From the NCBI GenBank assembly GCA_029775965.1, contig JARVJU010000003.1:1-24000 (forward strand): 24,000 bases of DNA, in the 5' to 3' direction. This document shows, one piece after another, positions 14,694 to 23,873 of the stretch. The number at the start of each line of letters is the position of its first letter. The stretch's first letter is position 1. The translations under genes were made by a program, and so were the position numbers. Origin of the DNA: Nitrososphaeria archaeon. Lineage in GTDB: Archaea; Thermoproteota; Nitrososphaeria; Conexivisphaerales; DTJL01. Below the pieces are notes generated by a model that was given only the letters and a program-made list of their open reading frames with translations, ran no database searches and had not been told where the DNA came from.

Positions 14694-16004
14694 TTAGTTA
14701 CCAGAAATCGCACCCTTCTGTGTAGCCATAACCTCAGGTGAATAAAGCAAGCAGGAGACCTTTTTTCCGTTGTCAAGGTTGTACATCTTTGGCGTGACAA
14801 AGTGTGAGAGAGAAATAAGAACACCTTCTTCTGTATCCTTGATATTCGCTATACTCATAAGACTTCTCATTTTTTCTCTTTCAGAGGCTATCATTTCAGA
14901 AAGCTGAATAGAATTTGTTCCTTTAATCAGTATGCTTAATGCATCCTTTGGAATAACCTGTGTATTACCTTGAAATGTGGTATAGTATTTTCCTTGAACC
15001 AGATAATCAAGGTCTGTAGCTACCTCGTCAGCTGTCCAGCCACACAGCTCAAATGCAACAGGACATCTTGGATGGAATCTGCATCCTGACGGCGGGAATA
15101 CTAGATTAGGAGGATCTCCTTGGAGTATTATTCTCTGCCTCATTCTTGCTCTTCCTGGTACAGCTGAGATCAAGGCTATTGTATAAGGATGAGTAGGATT
15201 TAAAATAACATCCCTTTTTACACCACTTTCCATTACTTTCCCAGCGTACATAACGTTGACAAAGTCCGCCATGTATGCAATTACAGCTATGTTATGTGTG
15301 ATCAAAAGCATACTTATGTTATATCTGCTACGAATCTTCTTTAAAAGTGAAAGTATCTGTGCCTGAACAGAAACATCTAGGGCTGAAGTTGGCTCATCGA
15401 GAACTAAGAACTTTGGAAGAGTTGAAATGCCTCTTGCGAGAGCTACTCTTTGCCTTTGTCCTCCTGACAGCTCATGGGGATAGCGAAAAGCAAAATCTCT
15501 TGGCAAACCAACCTCGTCAAGCAGTTCAAGACATCTCTTTCTTGCTTTTTCCGGATCAAGATAGCCTGTAGCAAGCATAGGCTCAGTTATTATATCTTCC
15601 ACCCTCATCCTAGGATCTAGGGAGGAATAGGGATCCTGGAAGACCATCCCCATCTGCTTCCTCATTTCTTTCATTGCTTTGCCTTTACTTCTAAAAATAG
15701 AATATTCCTCTTCTATCTTCCTACACTTGTCTGCCTGATTTGTTTCTATGTATTTATCATATTCAGCTAGTACATCGTCAGGTATGTCGAATAGCACTTG
15801 CCCAGAAGTTGGCTGGAGAAGAGCCATCAGAAGCCTTCCAAGTGTGCTCTTGCCTGAGCCGCTTTCACCAACAACACCTACTATCGACCCCTCTTTGATA
15901 TCAATGCTTATGTCATCTACAGCCTTGAGACTCAAACCCCCGCCCACTATTCCTGTACCTTTAAGCTGGAAGTATTTTGTCAGTCTCCTAGCTGCTACTA
16001 TCAT
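14694..16004 (-). CDS. Opp/Dpp-type ABC transporter ATPase (OppF/DppF-like) with an enlarged C-terminal Cys domain
   Basis: Walker A GESGSGKST, Q-loop VFQDP, signature LSGGQRQR, Walker B LVLDEPTSALD, H-loop ITHN. C-terminal PPSGCRFHPRCP..C...(97 aa)...C. Its start overlaps the upstream ATPase stop by 4 nt. Confidence 0.9.
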   Translation of the reverse strand: MIVAARRLTKYFQLKGTGIVGGGLSLKAVDDISIDIKEGSIVGVVGESGSGKSTLGRLLMALLQPTSGQVLFDIPDDVLAEYDKYIETNQADKCRKIEEEYSIFRSKGKAMKEMRKQMGMVFQDPYSSLDPRMRVEDIITEPMLATGYLDPEKARKRCLELLDEVGLPRDFAFRYPHELSGGQRQRVALARGISTLPKFLVLDEPTSALDVSVQAQILSLLKKIRSRYNISMLLITHNIAVIAYMADFVNVMYAGKVMESGVKRDVILNPTHPYTIALISAVPGRARMRQRIILQGDPPNLVFPPSGCRFHPRCPVAFELCGWTADEVATDLDYLVQGKYYTTFQGNTQVIPKDALSILIKGTNSIQLSEMIASEREKMRSLMSIANIKDTEEGVLISLSHFVTPKMYNLDNGKKVSCLLYSPEVMATQKGAISGN

Positions 16005-17368
16005 TTATTATCACCGCTGTACAGAAAACAGGCTACATAATGATCCTTTGAGACCTGTATCATATCTGGAACCCTTTCCCTGCAGATCTCCATAATATAA
16101 GGGCACCTCGGGTGAAACATACAACCGCTAGGTGGAAACCTCATATCTGGCACAGCTCCTCCTATCTCCTGGATTTCTTTCTCTTCAAGAGTTGGTATTG
16201 CAGCTATCAGGAATTTGGTGTATGGGTGCATGGGATTATCGAAGATCTCTTTAGTTGGAGCGATTTCAACTATCCTACCTCCGTACATTATACCTATTCT
16301 ATCACAAACTTCAGAAAGTACAGAAAGGTCGTGTGAAATAAATATAAAGGATGTATTGAATTTTACCTTCAAATGTCTTACAAGCTCCAGAATCTGAGCT
16401 TGCACTGTGACGTCTAATGCAGATGTTGGTTCATCCATGATAACCAACTCTGGGTTATTTGCAAGCGCTATAGCTATTACAATCCTCTGTCTCATTCCTC
16501 CAGAAAGCTCATGGGGGTACATTCTGATTACCTTATCCGCGTTAGGAACTTCGAGTGTTGAAAGCAATTCAAGCGCCTTCAGGTAGCCCTCTTTCAGCAG
16601 TACCCTTCTTGTATACCTGCTAAGAATTGGTGTCTTGGACAACCAGCTAGGCAGATTCCCTTTTTCCTTTACAGCATTAAGAACAAACCTATCAAACCAG
16701 CTCAGCTTCTCAGAGTGAAGTGATAATATCATCTTCTCTTTCTTAGCATCAGCTAGATCTTTTCTCCTCCATATACTAATTACCTGTTCGGTCAACCCCT
16801 CAAGTCCTTTGTTTCGAAAGAAATCTTCCAAAGCTTTTTCATCGGATTCTGTTGCTCTCAGTACCTTTAGAGCTTCATTCAGATCTGACCTTTTTGCATT
16901 TGCTCTAGCTAGCCTGCGCATAGCTAGAGTTCTAGGCTGATGAACCAGCATTGTTTCAGCAACTTGATACCCTACCTGCAGAACAGGGTTTAGGCTTGTC
17001 ATGGGATCCTGAAAGACCATAGCTACTTTGTTACCTCTTATTGTTGAAAGTTCTCTGTTCATCTTTTTTATTACGTTCTCATTCCTCCTGAAGTTAAATT
17101 TTTGGTTGCTCTTCGTTGCATATTCTCTGAGAGGCGCTATAACATCCTTCCCGTCTAAAAGCACACTTCCCGACGTTACACTTGCATTTCTTGGAAGAAG
17201 GCCCATGATAGTAAGGCCGAGAGTGCTCTTTCCTGATCCGCTTTCCCCAGCAATTCCAAATACTTCGCCCTTTCTGAGCTCCAGTTCAATTCCGTTCAGC
17301 GCCTTATAGATTCCCCTTCTTGTATAGAATTGCTGTTTGACTTCCTTCACCTTAAGTACCTCGGACAT
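16001..17368 (-). CDS. Opp/Dpp-type ABC transporter ATPase (OppD/DppD-like) with a large helical-subdomain insertion
   Basis: Walker A GESGSGKST, VFQDP, LSGGMRQR, IMDEPTSALD, ISHD. C-terminal PPSGCMFHPRCPYIMEIC....VAC. At 455 aa it is well above the roughly 320-330 aa I recall as typical for this family. Confidence 0.9.
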   Translation of the reverse strand: MSEVLKVKEVKQQFYTRRGIYKALNGIELELRKGEVFGIAGESGSGKSTLGLTIMGLLPRNASVTSGSVLLDGKDVIAPLREYATKSNQKFNFRRNENVIKKMNRELSTIRGNKVAMVFQDPMTSLNPVLQVGYQVAETMLVHQPRTLAMRRLARANAKRSDLNEALKVLRATESDEKALEDFFRNKGLEGLTEQVISIWRRKDLADAKKEKMILSLHSEKLSWFDRFVLNAVKEKGNLPSWLSKTPILSRYTRRVLLKEGYLKALELLSTLEVPNADKVIRMYPHELSGGMRQRIVIAIALANNPELVIMDEPTSALDVTVQAQILELVRHLKVKFNTSFIFISHDLSVLSEVCDRIGIMYGGRIVEIAPTKEIFDNPMHPYTKFLIAAIPTLEEKEIQEIGGAVPDMRFPPSGCMFHPRCPYIMEICRERVPDMIQVSKDHYVACFLYSGDNK

Positions 17369-17369
17369 T

Positions 17370-18260
17370 TCAGCCCCTCCTTCTTGGGTCTATGACATCT
17401 CTTAACCCATCTCCGAGAAGGTTAACAGCTAGCGCAAAGATTGTGATGAACAAACCAGGAAAGATAAGTGCCCATGGAGCCGTCTGGACAAAGTTTAGCC
17501 CCAAGCTCGTAAGATATCCTAGTTCTGGAATGTTTGCGCTAGGTATGAAGCCTATAAATGCTAAAGTGGAAAAGATCACCATTATTGATCCAAGGTCAAG
17601 GCTTATCTGAATAAATATTGGAGGCAGAACATTAGGGAGTATATGACGAAACATTATTGTTGTTCTGCCTACACCTGCAGCTTTTGCTGCCTCAATAAAT
17701 GTGTATTCTTTTGTAGATAGCGTCTGACTTCTTGCATACCTTGCATAGAGCGGCCACCATGTTATGGCTAATGCTATAGACATGTGCCAAAGACTTCTGC
17801 CTAGAATAAAACCTACTGCCAAGGCGAGAATAAGATAAGGAATGCTGAAAACTATATCAGTAATCCTCATTATAACCTCATCAAACATACCCGAAGCCCA
17901 GGCAGAAACAATTCCTATTACAGCTCCTACACTTGCCCCCACAGCAACCACAAAAAATGAATAGGCAAGGTCAATCCTTATCGCTTTAAGTATGCTAGTC
18001 AGAAGGTCTATGCCTGGATAAGTCGTTCCTAGTATATGCTGTGGGGATGGGGGCAAAGGAACAGGATTCAGGAAATTGGGGACCAAAACATCAGGGTGAT
18101 GAATACCGAGAAGCATTGGGTCAAACTGCATGATAAGTGCATCTATGAGATATACAAGAACTATTATGAGCCCGACAACAGCTGACTTGTTTGCCATGAA
18201 GACTGAAATTGAAAGCTTCAGGTTTTCCCACCTTCCTGCTTCTGCCGTTTCTTGCTGCAA
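17370..18260 (-). CDS. Opp/Dpp ABC transporter permease (OppC/DppC-like)
   Basis: Six hydrophobic segments with an EAA-type loop: FIEAAKAAGVGRTTIMFRHILPN. Confidence 0.9.
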   Translation of the reverse strand: MQQETAEAGRWENLKLSISVFMANKSAVVGLIIVLVYLIDALIMQFDPMLLGIHHPDVLVPNFLNPVPLPPSPQHILGTTYPGIDLLTSILKAIRIDLAYSFFVVAVGASVGAVIGIVSAWASGMFDEVIMRITDIVFSIPYLILALAVGFILGRSLWHMSIALAITWWPLYARYARSQTLSTKEYTFIEAAKAAGVGRTTIMFRHILPNVLPPIFIQISLDLGSIMVIFSTLAFIGFIPSANIPELGYLTSLGLNFVQTAPWALIFPGLFITIFALAVNLLGDGLRDVIDPRRRG

Positions 18261-18271
18261 CTGTCATCACC

Positions 18272-19327
18272 CTAGTATCTTATTCTCGGGTCTACAAAAG
18301 CATAAGCTATATCAAGAATCAGATTTGCAGAGACAAGAATCAGGCCGAAAAGAAGAGTAGACGCCATTATCCCACCTACGTCATTGTTGAGAAGAGCTTG
18401 TGTTGTCCAGTAACCTATGCCTGGATAGCTGAATACTGTCTCTATCACAACTGCTCCTCCAAGCAAGAATGCAACAGTCAGTCCAAATAAGGTCAGGAGA
18501 GGGAGCAAGGCATTCCTCCTTGCGTGCAAATTATACACTAGCTTAGCAGATATACCCTTTGACCATGCGAGTCTTATATAGTCTTGATCAAGAACCTCCA
18601 GCATAGATGCTCTAAGTATTCGTATTATGCTAGCTACAGTAGCAAGAGCAAGAGTTAATGAAGGAAGCAATAGATGAAGGAATGCATTCCATGCAACCTG
18701 CCAGTTGTTATGAAGTATTGCGTCTATCAGAATGATATGCGTTGGGTATGATATACCATTGTGGTACCAAGAAAGGTTTGATACAAGAAGTGGATTCACA
18801 ACACCAGCGAATGGGAGTATCTTAAGGTATACGCCTACAGCAAGTATTAGTGCTACAGCGATAAGATAGATAGGCATTGCGTAAAGAGAAAAGGAGCCAA
18901 CTCTTACTACTTGGTCTGTAGCTGAATCTCTATTGACAGCTGAGTAAACCCCTAGCGGCACACCTATTACCCATATAAGTATAGAAGCTACTGCTGCTAT
19001 CATAGCAGTATTTGGCAAAAACAGTTCTATTGCAGTAACAACGCTTCCGCTGAATATAGGTGTATTGGTATAACCCCAGTTACCCTGCATGATTTGGTAG
19101 AGCCAGTAAAAGTACTGGATGTATATAGGCTGGTTAAGGTGAAATTCTTCTGTAAGTTTTTGTATAAGCAGAGTCCTTGCTTCACCTGTCAGCCTTGGAT
19201 TGACATACTCTGCAAGGACAAGGTTGGTTCCCCCTGAATGGCTGAGAACGAACACTATGAACGTAAGGCCTATAAGTGTTGGAATGAAGAGCAGTAGCCT
19301 TCTAACTATATAGACCCAAAGCTTCAT
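18272..19327 (-). CDS. Opp/Dpp ABC transporter permease (OppB/DppB-like)
   Basis: N-terminal YIVRRLLLFIPTLIGLTFIVF, EAA-type loop DYIRLAWSKGISAKLVYNLHARRNA, C-terminal DIAYAFVDPRIRY. Confidence 0.9.
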   Translation of the reverse strand: MKLWVYIVRRLLLFIPTLIGLTFIVFVLSHSGGTNLVLAEYVNPRLTGEARTLLIQKLTEEFHLNQPIYIQYFYWLYQIMQGNWGYTNTPIFSGSVVTAIELFLPNTAMIAAVASILIWVIGVPLGVYSAVNRDSATDQVVRVGSFSLYAMPIYLIAVALILAVGVYLKILPFAGVVNPLLVSNLSWYHNGISYPTHIILIDAILHNNWQVAWNAFLHLLLPSLTLALATVASIIRILRASMLEVLDQDYIRLAWSKGISAKLVYNLHARRNALLPLLTLFGLTVAFLLGGAVVIETVFSYPGIGYWTTQALLNNDVGGIMASTLLFGLILVSANLILDIAYAFVDPRIRY

Positions 19328-19389
19328 AGCATATGCTCCCTTGTGTAATGAATAAAAAATAGAATAAAAACATCATGGTGATTTTCTAG

Positions 19390-21996
19390 CTATCCCTTTA
19401 CCCACCAGTAGTAAAGCGAGTCAGCAGCGCCGCCTATCATCGGGTTCTCCTCATAGGATATCTGCCCCTGATAACCATTCATGTATGGCTTGACAATCCA
19501 GAAGGCATTAGGCTGTATTGTGTACACGTACATGTATAGGTTTATGGCTATCTGCTCTGCTTGCTTGTATAGCTGAGCTGCAAGCGTTTCATTAGCAGTT
19601 GAATCTGCCTGCTCTATCAAACTATTCATCTCAGCATACATCTGTGCCTGATCCGGATGACCTGTTGCGTTGAAGTATTCAACTGAGAATCCATCTGGCG
19701 CCGGATATGTTCCACCTTGCTTGTACATTGCGTCAACAAAGTCAGCTGGGTATGGATAATCAGCTATCCAGCCAAGGTAGTAGAGCGGCATTGGGTTTGA
19801 TCCTGGTACCTCGTAGCCTATCATAGTGCTGAAGGGGACATATACAGGAGTCATCTGAATGTTCGGGTCTATCTGCTGCATGGCTGCTGCCCACATCTGA
19901 GCCGCTGCATAATCAACTGTGTCACCACTAGATATGACTACGGGTATATTTATTGATACATTATACTCGCCTGATTGTTCGAGCAGCTGCTTTGCATATG
20001 ATAAGTTATAAGTTGGGACATTCTGCAACTGGCTCTCTGGCACATGATATGGTAGCCCTTTGATTATTACTCCAGCATAATTCTGTCCAAAGTCTACATG
20101 ATACTTGAGGTTACCTTCTATGTTATCTATGTAGTTAGTGTAGTTAAATGCATAGGCAAAGGCCTTTCTTACATCAAGGTTTGCAAAGTAATTGGGAGGT
20201 GCATGGTATTGACTTCCAAAATCTGTCTGCATGAGGCTTTCACTGAAGTTCAATGTAAATATGAAGAAGAAGTCGGATAGTGTTGGGAATTGGTATAGAC
20301 TAGCTTGTCCTTGCCCTACAAGGGTTGTTACCAGTGGGAAGTAGTTGGTAGGCAGGTCGGCGACTATGTCTGCCTGTCCGCTTGCGAACAGATTATAAGC
20401 TGTTTCTGGGTCCTTAACCCACTGTATGACTATGGTATCATTAGGCCTTGGTACACCTGGCGTGCCTGGAAAACCTGGGTTAGGCACCAATGTTATAGAC
20501 TGTCCAGGTACATAGCTCTGTATCATGTACGGGCCAGAAGCAACTGGATCATTTTGCACTTTCAGGTTGTAGCTTCCCTCATTCCCTTGGTTCTGATATG
20601 CGTAAAATCCTGCTGGCGTAAAGGTTATCCCAGCACCTACCTGCTGTAGCCATGCTGCATCTAGTATACCAGCGCCTAATGGGTCAGCTATTGCAGTGAA
20701 GAAGAGCTGGGGCGGTAAAGGTCTATCAACATGGAAAGTAACTGTCTGGCTGGAGTTGCTATACGTTACTGCACTCATTATTGCATTGAAGTCTGCCGTG
20801 TCATTGGCTGCTGTCATTATAGGGACGCCTATTGTTGCTCCCGGAACTAAATACTGAGCTAGTATCCAGTCTGGAGTACCTGGTGCACCTCCAACAAACA
20901 GCATATCCCTTATCATGGAATACCAGACATCATATGCAGTTATAGGATCGCCGTTAGAGAACTTAAGCCCCTGTCTTATCTGGAATGTATACTCTGTGTA
21001 GTTAGAGTTGATACCTCCGTTCTGGACAGTAGGTACCTGAGCAGCAACCATTGGTATGAATGATGTCGTAGATGAACCGTTATATATGAGCAAAGTTGCA
21101 AATATATTAGATACGACTTCGAAGCCTACAGATTCGTAGTCTATCTGGGGATCAAAAGAATATGGTCCTCCGGGCACATTCTCTACAACGTTTATTACGC
21201 CCGGGTTAGGTATGTTGCCAGTATATTCGAAAAGTTTGAAGGTTGTTGTTGCGTTGCCAACAGCTATCGTCTGATAGCTTGTGTAGCTGTAGGTTTGCTG
21301 CGTGCTTGTATTTTCAGTGTAGATTGTGAGACTTACTGGATATAACCCAGGAGCCGAATAGCTTATGTTGACTGGATTTGTGACAGGGTCAAAAGTTGTG
21401 GAATTGGCAGGTACTGTTTGTGTCTGTCCGTTGCCGAAATTCCACACATACTTTACTATAGATATATTTGTACCGGTAGGGGCTTCTAGGAAGCCTCCGT
21501 ATAGGTATACTGTCTGCCCAGCTTGGAAGAAAGGTGCACCGGGATTCCGCGTTGCGTTAAAGGTTATTACAGGTACAGATATCAACTCAGCAAAAGAGGA
21601 ATTAACGCTAGGCGTAATCTGAATGAGTCTTGTTGCATTGTAAGTTGATGCGACAACTTTGCCGTTGACAACTTCTGATGCTGCCACCAAATACCTTCCG
21701 GGGTATTGATAAGTATAACTGGTTGTAGAATTTGTCTGCGCAGAATGACCGTCGCCAAAAGTGACATTAGCTTGACCGTTAGACAACAGACCGGACACTG
21801 TAAATGTTATGGGTGTTCCTTGTAATGCAACCAAAGTTGTAGGAGCTAGCGTAATAGGTGGTGCGGTCACCTGACTTGGCTTTAGTGTAACTACGTAAGC
21901 AGCCGCCACTATGGCTACTATTATTACGACAACTATTGCTACTATAGCTGCTGTGGAGATAGCTTTGCGTTTTGTGAACTTCCTTGACGAATTCAA
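19390..21996 (-). CDS. Opp/Dpp family-5 substrate-binding protein with a pilin-like signal and two N-terminal PKD-like domains
   Basis: 868 aa. N-terminus KRKA|ISTAAIVAIVVVIIVAIVAAAYV. Two FGDG/FGNG...Y..PG.Y beta-sandwich repeats (aa ~47-245). The family-5 SBP body follows (FDPQIDYES...FSNGDPITAYDV...). Many N-x-S/T sequons. Forced TTG start. Confidence 0.85.
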   Translation of the reverse strand: MNSSRKFTKRKAISTAAIVAIVVVIIVAIVAAAYVVTLKPSQVTAPPITLAPTTLVALQGTPITFTVSGLLSNGQANVTFGDGHSAQTNSTTSYTYQYPGRYLVAASEVVNGKVVASTYNATRLIQITPSVNSSFAELISVPVITFNATRNPGAPFFQAGQTVYLYGGFLEAPTGTNISIVKYVWNFGNGQTQTVPANSTTFDPVTNPVNISYSAPGLYPVSLTIYTENTSTQQTYSYTSYQTIAVGNATTTFKLFEYTGNIPNPGVINVVENVPGGPYSFDPQIDYESVGFEVVSNIFATLLIYNGSSTTSFIPMVAAQVPTVQNGGINSNYTEYTFQIRQGLKFSNGDPITAYDVWYSMIRDMLFVGGAPGTPDWILAQYLVPGATIGVPIMTAANDTADFNAIMSAVTYSNSSQTVTFHVDRPLPPQLFFTAIADPLGAGILDAAWLQQVGAGITFTPAGFYAYQNQGNEGSYNLKVQNDPVASGPYMIQSYVPGQSITLVPNPGFPGTPGVPRPNDTIVIQWVKDPETAYNLFASGQADIVADLPTNYFPLVTTLVGQGQASLYQFPTLSDFFFIFTLNFSESLMQTDFGSQYHAPPNYFANLDVRKAFAYAFNYTNYIDNIEGNLKYHVDFGQNYAGVIIKGLPYHVPESQLQNVPTYNLSYAKQLLEQSGEYNVSINIPVVISSGDTVDYAAAQMWAAAMQQIDPNIQMTPVYVPFSTMIGYEVPGSNPMPLYYLGWIADYPYPADFVDAMYKQGGTYPAPDGFSVEYFNATGHPDQAQMYAEMNSLIEQADSTANETLAAQLYKQAEQIAINLYMYVYTIQPNAFWIVKPYMNGYQGQISYEENPMIGGAADSLYYWWVKG

Positions 21997-22388
21997 TCTT
22001 TTCTCAAAAAACCCCCTAATGCTATTTGCTATTTATACGTTGCGAATAGAGTTGTTGAATGAATTGATTATGATGTTATGTGCTCGCTTGCCGAATCATG
22101 CTTTTCATGCGCTCCGACCTCTTCTTAATCACCAATTTAACAGGGTGTCAAAAAACTAAATTCTTATGTAGCCAAGCAGAGATATGTTCACATATATATT
22201 AGCTGTTCAACATGCCAAGATAGAAATAATTGTAAGTTAATGGAAATATTCATTATCAAAATTTTTCTGCGTGAAAAATAAAGTCATAAGACAATTTCGA
22301 TAATTTGAAAAACGGAAAAGCAAATCTATAAATAAATCAGCAGACGAAAGCTCTTGGGCGTTGACTGTCAAATGGCTTTATCAGTATG

Positions 22389-22414
22389 CTGTAACATGCA
22401 TTGTTGCATTACAG
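22389..22414 (+). promoter_or_regulatory. stem-loop/inverted repeat in the leader of gene 22430
   Basis: CTGTAA-ca-TGCA-TTGT-TGCA-TTACAG: 6 bp + 4 bp with a 2-nt bulge. It ends 16 nt before the ATG and abuts the SD-like AAAGGTGAGGG. Confidence 0.3.
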
Positions 22415-22429
22415 AAAAGGTGAGGGAAA

Positions 22430-22873
22430 ATGTATACCTATAGCATCCTTGGTACTTATCTGCCCAGTATGCCATGGCTGAGCAAGTTTCAGGGTTTCAT
22501 AGAAGGGTTACTTGTAATTACTTTCATCACGGTAGCTTTTGACAAAATCGGAACTTTTATGTTCAGAAAAGGATTGGTCAAACCTTTTTATGTAAAGGGA
22601 CACAGGGTTCATCATAAGATAATCTACCCGATAGTTATGGGCTCCTATATACTTCTTTCTGCACTTGATTTTCTTGGCATAATTGAGCCAGTTTGGAGTT
22701 CAATCTGGTATAGAGCCGCTATAGTTTCAGCGATTACAGGATTCTGCTTTGCACTCGACCTGGTTGCAGATACAATATTTGACGGAAGGAAACATGCTAT
22801 CTTGCACCACGAATGGGTCTACCTTTTAATCCCAGCCTATATCATTCTGGAGCTTCTCAAAGTAGCAATATAG
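22430..22873 (+). CDS. hypothetical 4-TM membrane protein with His-rich motifs
   Basis: 147 aa with hydrophobic segments and motifs KGHRVHHK and AILHHEW. It is preceded by a good SD-like GGTGAGG. Confidence 0.6.
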   Translation: MYTYSILGTYLPSMPWLSKFQGFIEGLLVITFITVAFDKIGTFMFRKGLVKPFYVKGHRVHHKIIYPIVMGSYILLSALDFLGIIEPVWSSIWYRAAIVSAITGFCFALDLVADTIFDGRKHAILHHEWVYLLIPAYIILELLKVAI

Positions 22874-22906
22874 TAGAGTTATTATTTAAGGAATGCAAGA
22901 CAATGA

Positions 22907-23758
22907 TTGATGAGAGAGCTGTTTAACGAAGTACTGGGTAAGAAGATTACATTACCTGAAAAGATAGAGAAGATAGTCAGCCTCAATCCGTCTATTACAG
23001 AATCACTCTTTATGATGGGATTAGGCGATAAGGTAGCAGCAGTAAGTGCATTTTGCGCAAGACCACCAGAAGCACGTAGCAAAAGAAAGATCGGGAGCTA
23101 CAATACTGTAAATGAAGACATACTTGATAGTATAGAACCTGATATCATATTTACAATTACAGGCTACCAAAGGCAGCTTGCCTTTGATCTATCGAAAAAG
23201 TACAGCGTTTACCCACTTGAACTACCAACTACAGTACTAGGTATACTTGATATGGTCACAAAGATAGGATTAGCTATTGGAGAATACGAGAAGGGACGCT
23301 CCTTGTCAACAGAATTGCTTGGAAGATTACTGCATCTTTTACCAGGCAAGGTTGACTACAGACCTAAAATATACTTGGAAATAGACCTTGGAGGGTCCGT
23401 AACATTCGGTGCGTACAGCTACATAACTGATGCGATATATCTGCTTGGAGGAAGTAATGTATATGGCAATGAGCAGGCAGAATGGTTGCAACCTGACCTT
23501 ACCAGACTTAACAGTGTTGCTCCTGATATATTCATATACGAAGCAAAGATGTACTCTGACTTTCATAAGGAAGACCTCGAGAGATTAATAGATTCTAGGG
23601 GATGGAGAAACATGAGGTTTATCACTAATGGGACATATTATCTTGCTCCCGGTCCCCTTGACTTCTTTGCTCACCATGGACCGAGCTTTATACTTGATAC
23701 TCTTCCATGGTTGAAAGAGAAACTGGACATTTATCAATCAAAGTACCTTAGAAGTTAG
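22907..23758 (+). CDS. BtuF/FecB-like (TroA-fold, class III) binding protein lacking a signal peptide
   Basis: KIVSLNPSITESLFMMGLGDKVAAVS..., DILDSIEPDIIFT and ...PDIFIYE follow the pattern of periplasmic cobalamin/iron-siderophore binding proteins. There is no N-terminal hydrophobic segment. The likely start is ATG 22910. Confidence 0.7.
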   Translation: MMRELFNEVLGKKITLPEKIEKIVSLNPSITESLFMMGLGDKVAAVSAFCARPPEARSKRKIGSYNTVNEDILDSIEPDIIFTITGYQRQLAFDLSKKYSVYPLELPTTVLGILDMVTKIGLAIGEYEKGRSLSTELLGRLLHLLPGKVDYRPKIYLEIDLGGSVTFGAYSYITDAIYLLGGSNVYGNEQAEWLQPDLTRLNSVAPDIFIYEAKMYSDFHKEDLERLIDSRGWRNMRFITNGTYYLAPGPLDFFAHHGPSFILDTLPWLKEKLDIYQSKYLRS

Positions 23759-23873
23759 GTCAAAAGCTTAACCGCAGCAGCCTAATGCCTGATTTATGGG
23801 TATTTATGCAGAAGGCAGTAGGAAACATCATATTTAAAGTCCCCAAACATATCAGCCATAGGGGTCTAGCACT

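Noticed and set aside
21997-22429. The 430-bp divergent intergenic region examined for ncRNA or C/D-box motifs (AUGAUGU at about 22070)
   Set aside because: Only a partial C-box-like match without a D box. The region is most simply the promoter space for the ABC operon and gene 22430.
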